From contig OZ037767.1 of NCBI GenBank assembly GCA_964035545.1, forward strand, positions 24,258,628-24,322,627: DNA of 64,000 nucleotides. Direction: 5' to 3'. The DNA is from Bugula neritina. Lineage: Eukaryota; Animalia; Bryozoa. The notes under the pieces are model-generated. The model made no database searches. It was not told where the DNA came from and saw nothing but the letters and a program-made list of their open reading frames with translations. The translations under genes were made by a program, and so were the position numbers. Of the stretch, positions 42,548-54,503 are shown one piece after another. Numbering within the stretch: the stretch's first letter is position 1; every line of letters begins with the position of its first letter.

Positions 42548-44123
42548 GTGGTGATCAGTTATACATCTGTGATAATCGGCTTCAACGTATATTATAGTCT
42601 CAACACTTAAATATGTTATTATAATGAAACTGTAACATAAGCATGTAGATGTAATGTTATTGTTTTAAACTTTTTGTAGCTTTTAAAATTATTAAACTAC
42701 CGATTTACAAAATTGGAAAAATTTCCTCTCTCTTCTCTTGCATTCAAATCTATAGCTCAAAGTAATTCTTCACAGTAACAATATACTTAGGGACTAAACA
42801 CAAAAGTTTCCCAAGGTTTGCCATTACAGAACATTTGCTGCCGTCATTATATTTTCTATTTGCTATTGTTTGTCTGTTCAAAATGCTTGCTACACATGGA
42901 TGTGTGTGTGCGTGTGTGCATGTGTGCGTGTGTGTATAGTGTTAACTATTGCAAGCCTTATTAGTTATAGTTTTTTCTGTAACTGCTAATTGCTAAACCT
43001 AGACTTTTTAAACCTATTCTTCACATGTATAACATATAAGTTACGACTTGTCCCAGAACTAATTCCTACTCCAGACTGTTTTCTGAATTTGGGATATCTG
43101 ACTGATTACAGGCTCTCTCTAGGTAATATAGCTTTACTATACTAAATACTTGTATATAGAGTTTGTATATATTTTCATCTGTTGACCTGAAGACTGACGT
43201 ACTGCATGACAGTAGCATCAACGTATGCTCATCAGCAATTGTATTGATCACTGATAATCAATAATTACATAGTGATAGGCAGCCTAATGAACACTTCAAT
43301 TGTTTATATGGTGTTATTCCCACACCTTTTGTATAAGAATAAATAATAGTTCTACTATTACAACAATAGAAATCAATACAAACTTGATATTTATCTTCCC
43401 ACAAGAACATCATTGACGATAGTGTAATAATTATTATATAATCTATAATTACATCTCACTCACTGTGACCTTCAGCAATAAGTGACAATACATTTATATT
43501 CTGGTAGATGATTCTATACAATGTATTCTATTTCACTTTGTATCAACTACTTAAGGTCATAAGGCACAGGACTTAAATGACCTACCATTTCACACAATTA
43601 TAAACCATTTTAAACGTAATTAGTATCATTTCAGATGGCAACTGTTATACTTTGAAATTTATTTCAACAACATATCTCCTGGTAAGTTGTACTATACATT
43701 TTATTATAATCTAATAAGCTGATACAGATTGCAGATGTAAATGTATGATGCACTTTTTACATACAGTGTAGCCTACTATATTGTTTCAACATTGTTGAAA
43801 ACTATACTAGTGTGAAATAGCAAAGAATGAAATATTTATAAGAAAAAACACAACTGCCTAATCAAGCACAACTCCAAATTTTAGAGCCTATATAAGCCTA
43901 TCCACACCCAGTTTAAGTGGCAAGAGGCAAGCTATATACAATTGGCTTTGTAGCTCCCAGGCAGTTTCAATAATCGTAGATTACTTGCTACCTGTTGGTA
44001 CAAATCTGTAAGGATTTTGCTTCAGTGGGCACTTTGATTGCTTATGGAAAGATAAGTACAATTGCTATGCCCCTTTGTAGATCATCATAAATATAGTTAA
44101 TCTTAACTGTTGACAACAGTGGG

Positions 44124-44533
44124 ATGGCTCTGCAGCCTTATGTCCTCACAAGACTGTTGAATCAACGGGCGCGAATGAAGGCACCCTCACCTGAATTTCC
44201 CAGCCCACCCCCACAACTTCCTGACTGGGAGCCGGACAGTGATGCATATGATACAGATCTGGAAGAAGACACAGTAACCCAATCAAGTAAAGCCGAGTTT
44301 CAAGGTATTCAGTGTTTTGTTTCCATTCACTTGCATCTAGAAAAGCTCAACTAAATGTTGTGTATATAATTATAGCCTGCAGCATATTGTAATATTTTAC
44401 TAGTAAGTTGAAGCAATGCTGGATATAAATAAATGAACTTTTCCTGTTTGTGGTAACGCAGATTATTGGCTCTGTGAAATTGAATTTTTATATAACAACT
44501 TTGTCCTTTTGCCCATTCAGCAAGCCATCTATA

Positions 44534-44601
<68 letters not shown>

Positions 44602-47600
44602 TTATATATATATATATAATATATAATATATATGCACTAGATTGTGATGAATATGAATAAGAGCATATATTTGCGTTATACTTATATATCTGTACGTCTG
44701 CTGCAGAAAAGACCAGACTCGATACAGGAGTTGGTCTACTACTTTACAAAAAGATATGCAGTCAGATTGCATCACCCCCACAGTCTAGTATAGTAAATGG
44801 CTTGCCGGGTTCTGAAGTTAAAATACCTGGCAGAGAGATGGGGGCGGGTAATCTCACAGCCCTTATGTGTGCACTATTGGTAAGTGTCACTTAAGCTAAT
44901 TTATTAAATATAATAAATTGCTAAGTTTGCCATGACCTTTTACCAAGCAGTTCCTCTACTAAATTGTTGAATTATTATTTCCTTCTTTGGGGCATCGATT
45001 ATATCGATGAATAAATACTAGTGTGAAGCCTTCAGCCTTGTGATAGATTCTAAGAATAACCAATTAAGACAGCTCTACCTGCCAATTAAAGATGCTGTCT
45101 ACTAGTTCAAGGGCACTTGGTTTATTGGCAGGTCAAGTCCTGAAACTTAAGTGCTACAAGTATCATAGAGCAGGTGTATAATAATTGAAGACATGTTGAA
45201 CTTTATCTGTAATAATAATATGTTTCAGGCAAACACAAGACTTACTCAACTTGATCTAAGAGACAACCATCTTGGATATGAAGGTGGGAGAGAAATAGCC
45301 ACAGTTTTGCTTGTCAACAATTTTGTTACTCATTTGGTAAGTCATTATTGTAAGTAAGCCTAGGGCCACACTGTGCGTATTTTCGCATGCGAAAATTAAA
45401 ACCACGAGTAGAAAAGGTGTCCACTGTACGAGTTGCGAAAACATTCGCACTTGTCGCTCAGCATTCTGAACGCAAGTGCGATCGTCTCTGTCGTCGTCAC
45501 CTAATTGGTTGGTACTTATTTAGCGAGCGCAATTATTTTATTTTAGTGCTACATTCCAGTAAATTGCGTTTTATCGAAAGCGAGTGCGATTTAAAAATGA
45601 AAACTTCATTTATCCCGCACTTGTAGCCATAGCAACAAGGCGAACAGTAAAGTTAAACGCAAATATTATTGGCTAGTAGTTTTCCAATCTCACTGATGCT
45701 ACAGTGGACACCTTTGCTACTCGTGGTTTTAATTTTCGCATGCGAAAATACACACAGTGTGGCCCTAGGCTTAGTTTTTTAAAGTTACCTGATAACTTTA
45801 ACATAACTTAACACTGAGTTCTGTAATTCAATGGGAAAACTTTATTTGTCAATACATAATGTCCTTCAATTTTTTAAGCACAAAGAAAAGTATATGCATT
45901 ATGCAATGTAACTAAAATGACAAACTTTACTTCAAATCTCAACATAAAGTGCAGGAATATAATGAGTGACACAGCATGCATTTGAAACCTTTTTTATTTT
46001 TCTTTTGTGATACTTTTCTCTAGTAATAAATCTAATTTGTAAATTACATTTCTTTAGTAAATTCAAATGTTTATGATAAATAGTTCACTTTCTTTACTAG
46101 AATCTTTCTAGAAACGGGTTGGGTGCCACTGGAAACTCAGCATTTCTTGCCAAACTTTTTAGAAACAACAAGCTATTGCTCGAGGTCGACATATCAGGTA
46201 AAATCTATTTTACACAAAAATCTATTATTTTACACTTATATACGAATTTGAAGAAGCATTTGAAAACTTAAAGCTTATTTTGCCACAGGAATTGTTCAGA
46301 CATCTTATCATCTTCTTTAGTGTCCATGTAAATTTTAATATAATATTATAATGATCATAGTCATACTCATTGTCATACTATATAATTATAGGAATAATAT
46401 GAGCAGATCTGTTTTCATACCAAGTGCTACTGTTGTTAAACTCAATACAAAACACGTTACTATAAATTTTGTTGAATGACCAAATTATTTCATCTTACAT
46501 CCTTATATGATCCTATTATTTCATAAGACCTCATGTATTCTATATTCTAAAGTTTAAACGGTCTTAATTTTTAATTGCACTTTGTTACATAAATTTTACA
46601 TTTTGGCTGATAGAATCCTCACCGTTAAATACATAACCTAAAAATGGTATATCTACAATACAAAGTCATTAATTAAAGCGCTAGTAAAATTGCACAATAT
46701 GACCCTATAATTCCAAAATTACTACTTCTTCTTAGTATTGCTTTGCTACTTAATGCTTACTTTATTTTAGACAATAACTTTACTGATGAAGATGCAAAAT
46801 ATTTGGCTGCAGGGATTGAGGTAAGACAACTTCTTCTTTTCAAAACCTACACTTCAAACAGCATAAATTGTCTGCAGCAATTTAAATGGACTGTAATCTT
46901 TAAAGTGGGATAACATGGGGACATGCCTTTCGTGAGTTGTATTATAGAGTTATTTATTTATCTTGAAGTTGTGTGCACATGTAGCTGTTGGTACAAGGTG
47001 TGTCGCATGTCTACTGACCACTAGCCCATCACGTGACTGCAGTAGTCAGCCCACAGTACCAGCGTGATGTATGGCTATCATTTTGTATAGTACTGCTTCA
47101 TACTGAGAAATCTATGGCACACCAGATGGCCTATTGAATAACTCCTTTGATATTTCTTCTTCAGGCAAATGACTACATAGTTAAACTAAACCTAAGCCAC
47201 AACAACATCTGTGAAGATGGCGCTAGATACGTTGGTAAAGCTATTGCTGCCAATGATACTCTCGAAGACTTAGATCTCAGCTGGAATTCCATCAGAAGAA
47301 AGGGGGCGGTCACTATTTGCAAAGCTCTCAAGGTATCTAAGTCTATCTATAACCTTAGCTATTTTATGACATGGATGTGTTTTAGTTGTAAACTATTAAT
47401 AATGGTCACAAAGTTGTTTTTGAAACTTCTTAAAAACTATTTACTTAGCAATAACTATAAGCGAATAATCGAAGATTATGTAAACATGGTAAGATCTTGC
47501 AGAAATCCCAGTCAAGTTTAAAAAGTATCACGGGGCACATATCCTTCTCTTGTTTTATATAATTATATTTATAAAATAAAGTAAAATTAAACTATTTAAA

Positions 47601-50600
47601 TTAACCTTATATGTTCAATACTTGCTTCAGGAAAGGGTTGCAATTTCTATCAGTTTTATGCATCTATTATACTTTTATAATATATCTTATTCAGATGAAC
47701 TATTCTCTAAAGAAGCTGAATCTGTCATGGAATGGATTGTGTTATGAAGGAGCTCTGGCAGTCAGAGATGCATTGCGGACAAACAAGCACCTGCTAGAGA
47801 TTGACATCAGCAACAACAGAATAAACTGGGAAGGAGCTCAATTCCTGGCTGAAATGATCGAGAATAACTGCTATCTAGAAGTGCTCCGGGTATGTTGATT
47901 GTAAACTTTCAAATTTGCATATTGGCTATAGCCTTTGGAAAACCTGGTTCTATATCAGAGTATCTACTTCAATCACAGGCTGGGTGTAATCCGCTGACAA
48001 CCACAGGCTGTCTAGATATCATTGATGCAGTTTCAAGAAATGAAAACTCCGGGTTGACCCTTTTAGATCTCACAGTAAGTAATTAAGTTGTTACAGTTTT
48101 AATGTATAGTAGTGAAAATTTAAACTTCAACCTCATGCATTTTAAAGTGTTTTGCTTAGTTTTGCGTTATTGTATCTGCATTTTCTAAGAATAATGCTTA
48201 TTTGCTAAGCGAAATTGATTCTTTACATATTGAAGGACTTGAGAAAGTTGAAAATATATAATTTAGGATGTTCCTGTAATCAAGGATTTTGTATACATGA
48301 CTAAGAGAATTCAACAGGGGGGTACTAACATGCAGTTTATATATGGTGAAGTTGTCCCCCACCATGACGTACTTGGAGAGAGAAGTGGTAAGGCTATGCA
48401 CTACATTCATTTGCTGCATAGTCACATATTGTATAGTCACATATGTTGCAGTTAAGAGTTGTATAATGTGCTGCACTAATCAACTGCAGCTTTATAATGT
48501 GGTTGTCAAATGTATGCATGCAGTAGCCTATAAGCTATATTAATATTGCATTTCGAGATCGGGACGTGCTGTATAGCAACCTCAAATTAAAACATCATAT
48601 TATATAAATTGCCACTGTTTTTATTTAGGAAAAAAATATTGTATATAACTTTAACTATTTTTGCTGCTTCAAAGCAACATAGCACAGCAATATAATATTG
48701 TTTTTCTAAATTTATAAAAAATAGAAAAAGTAAAAAGTATCATATATAATAAATAATTGGCTAGCCACCCTTACAATTCTAGCTTGTATTTAAGAGCTCA
48801 ACCTGCATATTGGCGGTCATCAGTTTTCAGTAAAAGATACAAAATCTCATTATCTTCGTCTAAACTCTTTTTTCAGACCGCAAAATCCACCCGATGCAGA
48901 AGATAATCAACTACATGTATGAGAAGGAGATGAGACCCCTCGAGTTGCTGAGGAGTTTTGACAAAGACGGCAAATTTGTTGTCAGCGAAGATGAGTTTTT
49001 TGAGCGATTGTTGGTGAGTAGAAAAGTTACTTTAATTTTACAAATGCATCAGTTTAGATGGCAGTGCTGCTGTTCACAAAGTTATAAGCAGTTGAAATGT
49101 ACTTTTGAGTTGCTATATTTTATAATGATAGCTGCCTTAACCACATTTTTAAAGATGACAGTGCTACAGTTTATCAAGCAAGCCACTCAAAATGTACATT
49201 GGACAATGCATACGAGTTTAAAAAAAAGTTTTTACAAGTTGACAACATATATTAGATAATGATGTCTGCCTTTAACCTGATATGTGCATATTGACTTACA
49301 AAATATTTTCACCTATTGTCACTCTACAATAGCTTCATGTTTCAAATAAGTTTATTGTGTATTGAACTATAGTCTAAAGGAATTGATATCCGGAGCTGGG
49401 AGAGAGATGAACTCATGAGTTACATAACAGGTCAAGGTTATGGAGAGGGCAAAGGAATGGTTAACTACAAGTTAGTTTGTCAAACATGTCAATAAAATTT
49501 AAAAGCTACAGTAACTTTTTTAAAATATATAGAAAAATAATAATAAAACTCTCTAAAATCGATTTTTCTCTTATTATACTTATTCTTTTTGTAATTGCTA
49601 TCACCAACTGCATTTATGTGTATATGTACAGGCAACTTTACAAAGTATATATGCATTCTTGTCAAATTTTAACATGTGTAGTTTATATCTAAAATGCTTG
49701 TTCAAATTTAAGCAGCTTTCAACATTTTAGAATTGATTATAATGATGCATAGAACAATTATTCTATAAATTATAAAGTCAAAATCAGTTAAGCTACACAA
49801 GCTAAACTGTCAATTGACTACTATGACAAGCTTTCATGAAATCAAAATTTGCTTAAATGACAATTCATGTACTTTGAAAAGATTGTTGGCCTATATATAA
49901 TATAACACAACATACTAATATCAGAATTTGTAAATTGTTTGCAAATTGGTGTCTTTAAGATATATTAATAAAATTCCTAATGCAGTATTGATGTTTTAGA
50001 AAACTTGTGGAGAGTGTGTTTACTCAAATAGACACAGAGCGGAACTATAGGATCTCTCAAAGAGAACACAGCAAAGCTATGAGACTCTTTCATGAAAGAA
50101 TAATGCAAGCTGGTTTACCTCCATTGAATGTAGACTCAGCACTTGTACAGATTACTGGTAAGATGTTGGGCGTCTGTCACACCGTCCCTCAGCCATGACT
50201 ATGTTTAAAACGTTAAACTCCACATCAGAATTGTTTTGTTAAGTACATATATGTGAATATCTACATTTTGTAAATATAGGCTCAAAAAAAGGAAAACACT
50301 AGAGTGGAGAAATCAAAGGGGGTACAAGGGACAAAAGGAATGTAGTGTTGTGAAAACAATTTGAACATAATATAATATGTTCTCATATATTTCTAGGCAT
50401 AAAAGCCTCAGATCTTGAAAGAGATCCACAGTCAGTAGCCTTGCAATGTCTCTCGACTTCGTTACATGACAGGAAGTCCAACAGCTTCAGCTCAAAGATG
50501 GCTATGGCCAAGAACATACGAGTACCCAGTGACGTGAAACATGCAACTCCTCATGTTTCTAATTTTTCTAATTCAGTGAGTAGTTATACTATGGATATAG

Positions 50601-50954
50601 TTAGTAGTTATACTATTGGGGAACAGCAAATAAGTTTACGGAATGTTGGGCACAAAGCAATTTTTGATCTTTAGTGCATGCAAACTCTATAAGTTTACAC
50701 GTATGAACCGTATTAAATGCAATTCTCATGACAGTTACTTATATTAGTATATGATGAACTTACATTTACTCTTTCAAGACTTGATATATTATGCCGTCTT
50801 TTTTCAGCCTAGCTACGAAGACGTAGTTCCAGCTCGCCAACCAAGACCAGCTTCCAGAATACTGATGACATCTCCTTTAACTAGTATTAAGTCTAAGAGA
50901 GCCCCAACGGCTTCTCGGCGACGATCTAAAAGTGCTAAGGCTACACTTTCATAG
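44124..50954 (+). CDS. LRRC74A: LRRC74-like leucine-rich repeat protein with C-terminal EF-hand-like region, 635 aa, 14 coding exons
   Basis: Exons 44124-44304, 44707-44879, 45229-45336, 46101-46197, 46771-46820, 47165-47332, 47695-47889, 47979-48074, 48267-48387, 48877-49013, 49373-49470, 50000-50157, 50397-50575, 50808-50954 (1908 nt). AYDTDLE motif, RI-type LRRs (LNLSHNNI, LDLSWNSIRRKGA, LNLSWNGL, IDISNNRI), FDKDGKFVVSEDEF. A versus B paralog cannot be resolved. Confidence 0.85.
44537..44632. repeat. (TA)n microsatellite
   Basis: Direct. Confidence 0.95.
45357..45771. mobile_element. Young MITE (family C) with ~72-bp near-perfect TIRs and TA flanks
   Basis: agcctagggccacactgtgcgtattttcgcatgcgaaaattaaaaccacgagtagaaaaggtgtccactgta at the left, reverse complement at ~45700-45771 with 2 mismatches; CpG-rich. 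Confidence 0.9.
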
Positions 50955-52002
50955 CCCCAGAATCCTATATTTCCAATGCTCCTCACAGCAAAGCCATTTA
51001 CAAATATTTAAATGCTACAGAAACTCTATAATAAAAATAAAGTTGGTAGGCTACTAAAGTGGAAAAATGCCATAATGCGGTTTTTAGCCGTGGAACTAAT
51101 AAAATAGTTACTGTTTTCAAATATCATATTTTAGAAATTAGCTTTGGTTATCCTTAGCAAAGAGTTTTACTGTTTTAAATTAATAATATACATAAACATT
51201 TCTTACTGTCTTTATGGCTAAATACTCTTTCAAATGCATTGTATTTCTATATTGTATTCATTATATATAGTCACTGGCTATGGTAAGTGTTATAAATGCA
51301 TATTGTGACACTTGATTGCCTTTTCCCGTACTCTGTATTTATGTACTTCCACGACAGCTTTGTACTTCTATATTTTTGTAATATGATATGAGTATATTTT
51401 TATACATATAATATACTAGCAGTTCAAGTTACAATTGATTTTTTCTGGTGTACATCAATAAGAAATAAAACTAGTCTTTCTTTAAATAAAACTAAACAAA
51501 ATATAGGTTAGATAGCTTTAAACTAACTTTGATTAATTTTGGCCTGCAGTGCCCCAACATGACCTATATGGAATCTTGTGTGAAAGAAATCTGTAAGCTA
51601 TGAAGGAAAGGAGTGTACTAGATACGCCACAATCATATTACATTAGAGTGGTATGACAAATCTTCATGAAAGTGTTGTCCAAGTGCGAGTGTTTTTTAAA
51701 TTTTCTTAAGTTGCCAATGTCAATTACTAGTTATCTGAAAAAATCTACCTTCCCCTCAATATCTCCACCTTCTTTATATGAACAATAACATTTCAATTGC
51801 ACTTCACTATTAGTTATCATAAATTTAATGAAACTGAATAATAATATTATATACAGTATAATATTTACAATGTATTATAACAACGTGAGATGTGGCATGT
51901 GCAATATTTTTGAAGGATGGCCGTGCAGCTATAATGTGTGCATATATACTAGTATGTTACGAGTTTCCTTTCACTCAGCTCTCTGAAATTATCATTCGCA
52001 TT

Positions 52003-52010
52003 TGACGTCA
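52003..52010. promoter_or_regulatory. Perfect CRE palindrome TGACGTCA upstream of the secreted precursor gene
   Basis: Consensus CREB/ATF site about 370 bp before the ATG, followed by TATA-like CATAAAA at about 52038. Confidence 0.4.
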
Positions 52011-52375
52011 CTTTCACTCACCATGTGCTAATTTTCCCATAAAAGATAAAATGAAAACCGATTAATGCTCAAACAAGAGGATTGAAATAATTAAAAATAA
52101 TTCTTCACAATTTACCAGTTTTTAATAAACAACTCCAAATTTGCTTCAACTTTTTGTATTAAATGTTACAAACTTTAGTATAAATCAGTTCTCAATGTGA
52201 CATTTCAATATTATAATATAACAATAAGTATATCAATATGTCTATGTAATTGTAAATTCATCAACAACACCCCCCTAGCTCCCCCTATTATGTCTTCATC
52301 TCACAAGTGGTCACATCATTATAGTTATAGGGTTGTGGCAGCTGATATGCAACTAGTTAATTCTTAAAGAGCAAC

Positions 52376-54503
52376 ATGGAAGGTAAAATACTGCTCACAT
52401 CTTTGGTCCTTCTGTATTCATGTGTCTCCTTATCAACTTCTTGTGGACCTTTCGGCAAAAGACTTCTGTTGCAAGTTGGGGTAAGTTTCCAAAATGGTGA
52501 ACATGTTGCATTAACTATGGCATAATTATTGTCATCTGTGTAAGACAATCCACCATAATGAGGGCATACGTATGTATGCCTATCATTTATATCTTTTCTT
52601 CAGAATACACGCTTTCAACATATATTATAAGACTAATAGTGCCACAATATGTATCCCATAATGATGAAAATGTTATTTGTATATTACTAGTGTGGTGATG
52701 TAGTAGTAGTAGTGGTAGTAGTGGTAGTAGTGGTAGTAGTGGTAGTAGTGGTAGTAGTGGTAGTAGTGGTAGTAGTGGTAGTAGTGGTAGTAGTGGTAGT
52801 AGTGGTAGTAGTGGTAGTAGTGGTAGTAGTGGTAGTAGTGGTAGTAGTGGTAGTAGTGGTAGTAGTGGTAGTAGTGGTAGTAGTGGTAGTAGTGGTAGTA
52901 GTGGTAGTAGTGGTAGTAGTGGTAGTAGTGGTAGTAGTGGTAGTAGTGGTAGTAGTGGTAGTAGTGGTAGTAGTGGTAGTAGTGGTAGTAGTGGTAGTAG
53001 TGGTAGTAGTGGTAGTAGTGGTAGTAGTGGTAGTAGTGGTAGTAGTGGTAGTAGTGGTAGTAGTGGTAGTAGTGGTAGTAGTGGTAGTAGTGGTAGTAGT
53101 GGTAGTAGTGGTAGTAGTGGTAGTGGTAATGGTAGTGGTAGTGGTAGTGGTAGTGGTGGTGGTAGTGGTAGTGGCAGTGGTAGTGGTAGTGGCGGTGGTA
53201 GTGGTAGTGGTAGTGGTAGTGGTAGTAGTAGTATATAATTATTTTGTTAGTTATGATTATAGTGAATGCATTTGTGGTGTTGAGAGTAGCCAGTAGCCCC
53301 TGTGGTGTAATGATTAGCACACTTGCTTACAAGCCGGAGGTATGAGATTCAAATCAAAATGTTTTACGGCATATCACATACTTGCACCAAATTTCACTTT
53401 TGATTAATGAATGACATTAATGACTAGTTTTATTGCAATGATAAGTATTTACTAAATACGAACTGAAATAATTATATAATGTTCTTTAGGAACAATGTGG
53501 CAGCAAGCGCTGTCTTTTCTGGGAGAGTTGTGTGAACGGGAAATGTACAGATGAAAAGCCAATTTTTCATGATTTGCTGATGAGCAAAAGACAATTTGGC
53601 ATTTGTGTAGAGGTGAGTCGTGAGATATTCGGTAGGGCAAATAATGTGAATGCATTTGCCTGCATTTACATTATTTGTGTCAGGCATTTATATGCTAAGT
53701 GTCGAATTACAGGTAAAATACCTATGTATATAAATATATATATATCATATGTGTGTGTAATAGATAAAGTTGTTACCAATTGTTTTATTTGTCCGTTAAA
53801 TAAAGAAAGCATACATGGTCAAGTTTTTCTTTAGCCCTTTTTTGTTTTAATATATCTCTCATAACCTATTTCTGATTCATGCTAGAGTAGATTTCTTTGG
53901 GTTCGTTATGTGACACCAAGTGATAAATTAATTTTCAAACTTTTCATTTGCCTAAATTTAGTTGAAACTGAATAATAATATATGAAAGATTTGATATAAA
54001 AACTGTTTTATTTGTTCTTGCTTATTTTAATTTGTGTTTTGAAGTAAATTCTAAATATAATATATTAAGTAACTCTGTCAAATGTACAGAATGTAATATT
54101 CTATTATGTATCATTATATTACATTATATAACTATTAGGAAAAACTTCCTCCTCTTAAACTATTTCATAATTTGCTTGATAGGTACTTTTTTCCTTGAAT
54201 AAAGCCTAGTTCTGTTGCAAGTATCAAAAAAATATATTTTTAAAAAAATTCTTTCTCAACTATTTCAGTATTACATTCTGCATGATAATGATTAATTTAT
54301 TTTAGGAATGTTCATCTCATAGTGACTGCAAGTTTGGGAAGTGTGTCAGCAATGGCTGTGGTCATGTCTGTTCAAACTTTGGGAAAAGAACTCCTTGCAT
54401 AACACAGGGTGCTCCCTGTAGGTGCTTCTGTTTCCATGGTTACAAAGAGGATGCTAATGGCTGCAAGCTGTGCGAGTGCAAAGCTGCTCCTAAAGGAAGT
54501 TAA
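52376..54503 (+). CDS. Secreted Cys-rich prepropolypeptide, 141 aa: signal peptide, KR-separated modules, WAP-derived and antistasin-type domains
   Basis: Exons 52376-52480, 53490-53612, 54306-54503, two phase-0 GT-AG introns, AATAAA at 54565. Translation MEGKILLTSLVLLYSCVSLSTSCGPFGKRLLLQVGEQCGSKRCLFWESCVNGKCTDEKPIFHDLLMSKRQFGICVEECSSHSDCKFGKCVSNGCGHVCSNFGKRTPCITQGAPCRCFCFHGYKEDANGCKLCECKAAPKGS*. Confidence 0.88.
52700..53232. repeat. (GTAGTAGTG)n then (GTAGTG)n microsatellite, about 530 bp, in intron 1 of the precursor gene
   Basis: Direct; source of the poly-Val and His/Tyr ORFs. Confidence 0.97.
53296..53355 (+). mobile_element. tRNA-like (Val-like) SINE head or tRNA pseudogene fragment
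   Basis: A-box-like TGGTGTAATGATTAGCAC, loop CTTACAA, B-box-like GATTCAAATC; no 3' acceptor stem. Confidence 0.5.

Noticed and set aside
45256-45626. ORFs overlapping the young MITE
   Set aside because: Short, no transposase motifs; the element is non-autonomous.
51540-51690. Possible Tc1/mariner transposase remnant (WPA...P-like)
   Set aside because: Similarity needs frameshifts and is too weak to support by eye.
52673-53320. 215-aa His/Tyr ORF and 194-aa poly-Val ORF
   Set aside because: Translations of the (GTAGTAGTG)n microsatellite inside an intron; no evidence of coding function.
53296-53370. Functional tRNA-Val gene
   Set aside because: No pairing 3' acceptor stem and weak anticodon and T stems; treated as a SINE head or pseudogene.
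53505-53510. Fourth KR as a processing site
   Set aside because: It lies between two Cys inside a disulfide module and is directly followed by Cys, so it is probably inaccessible.
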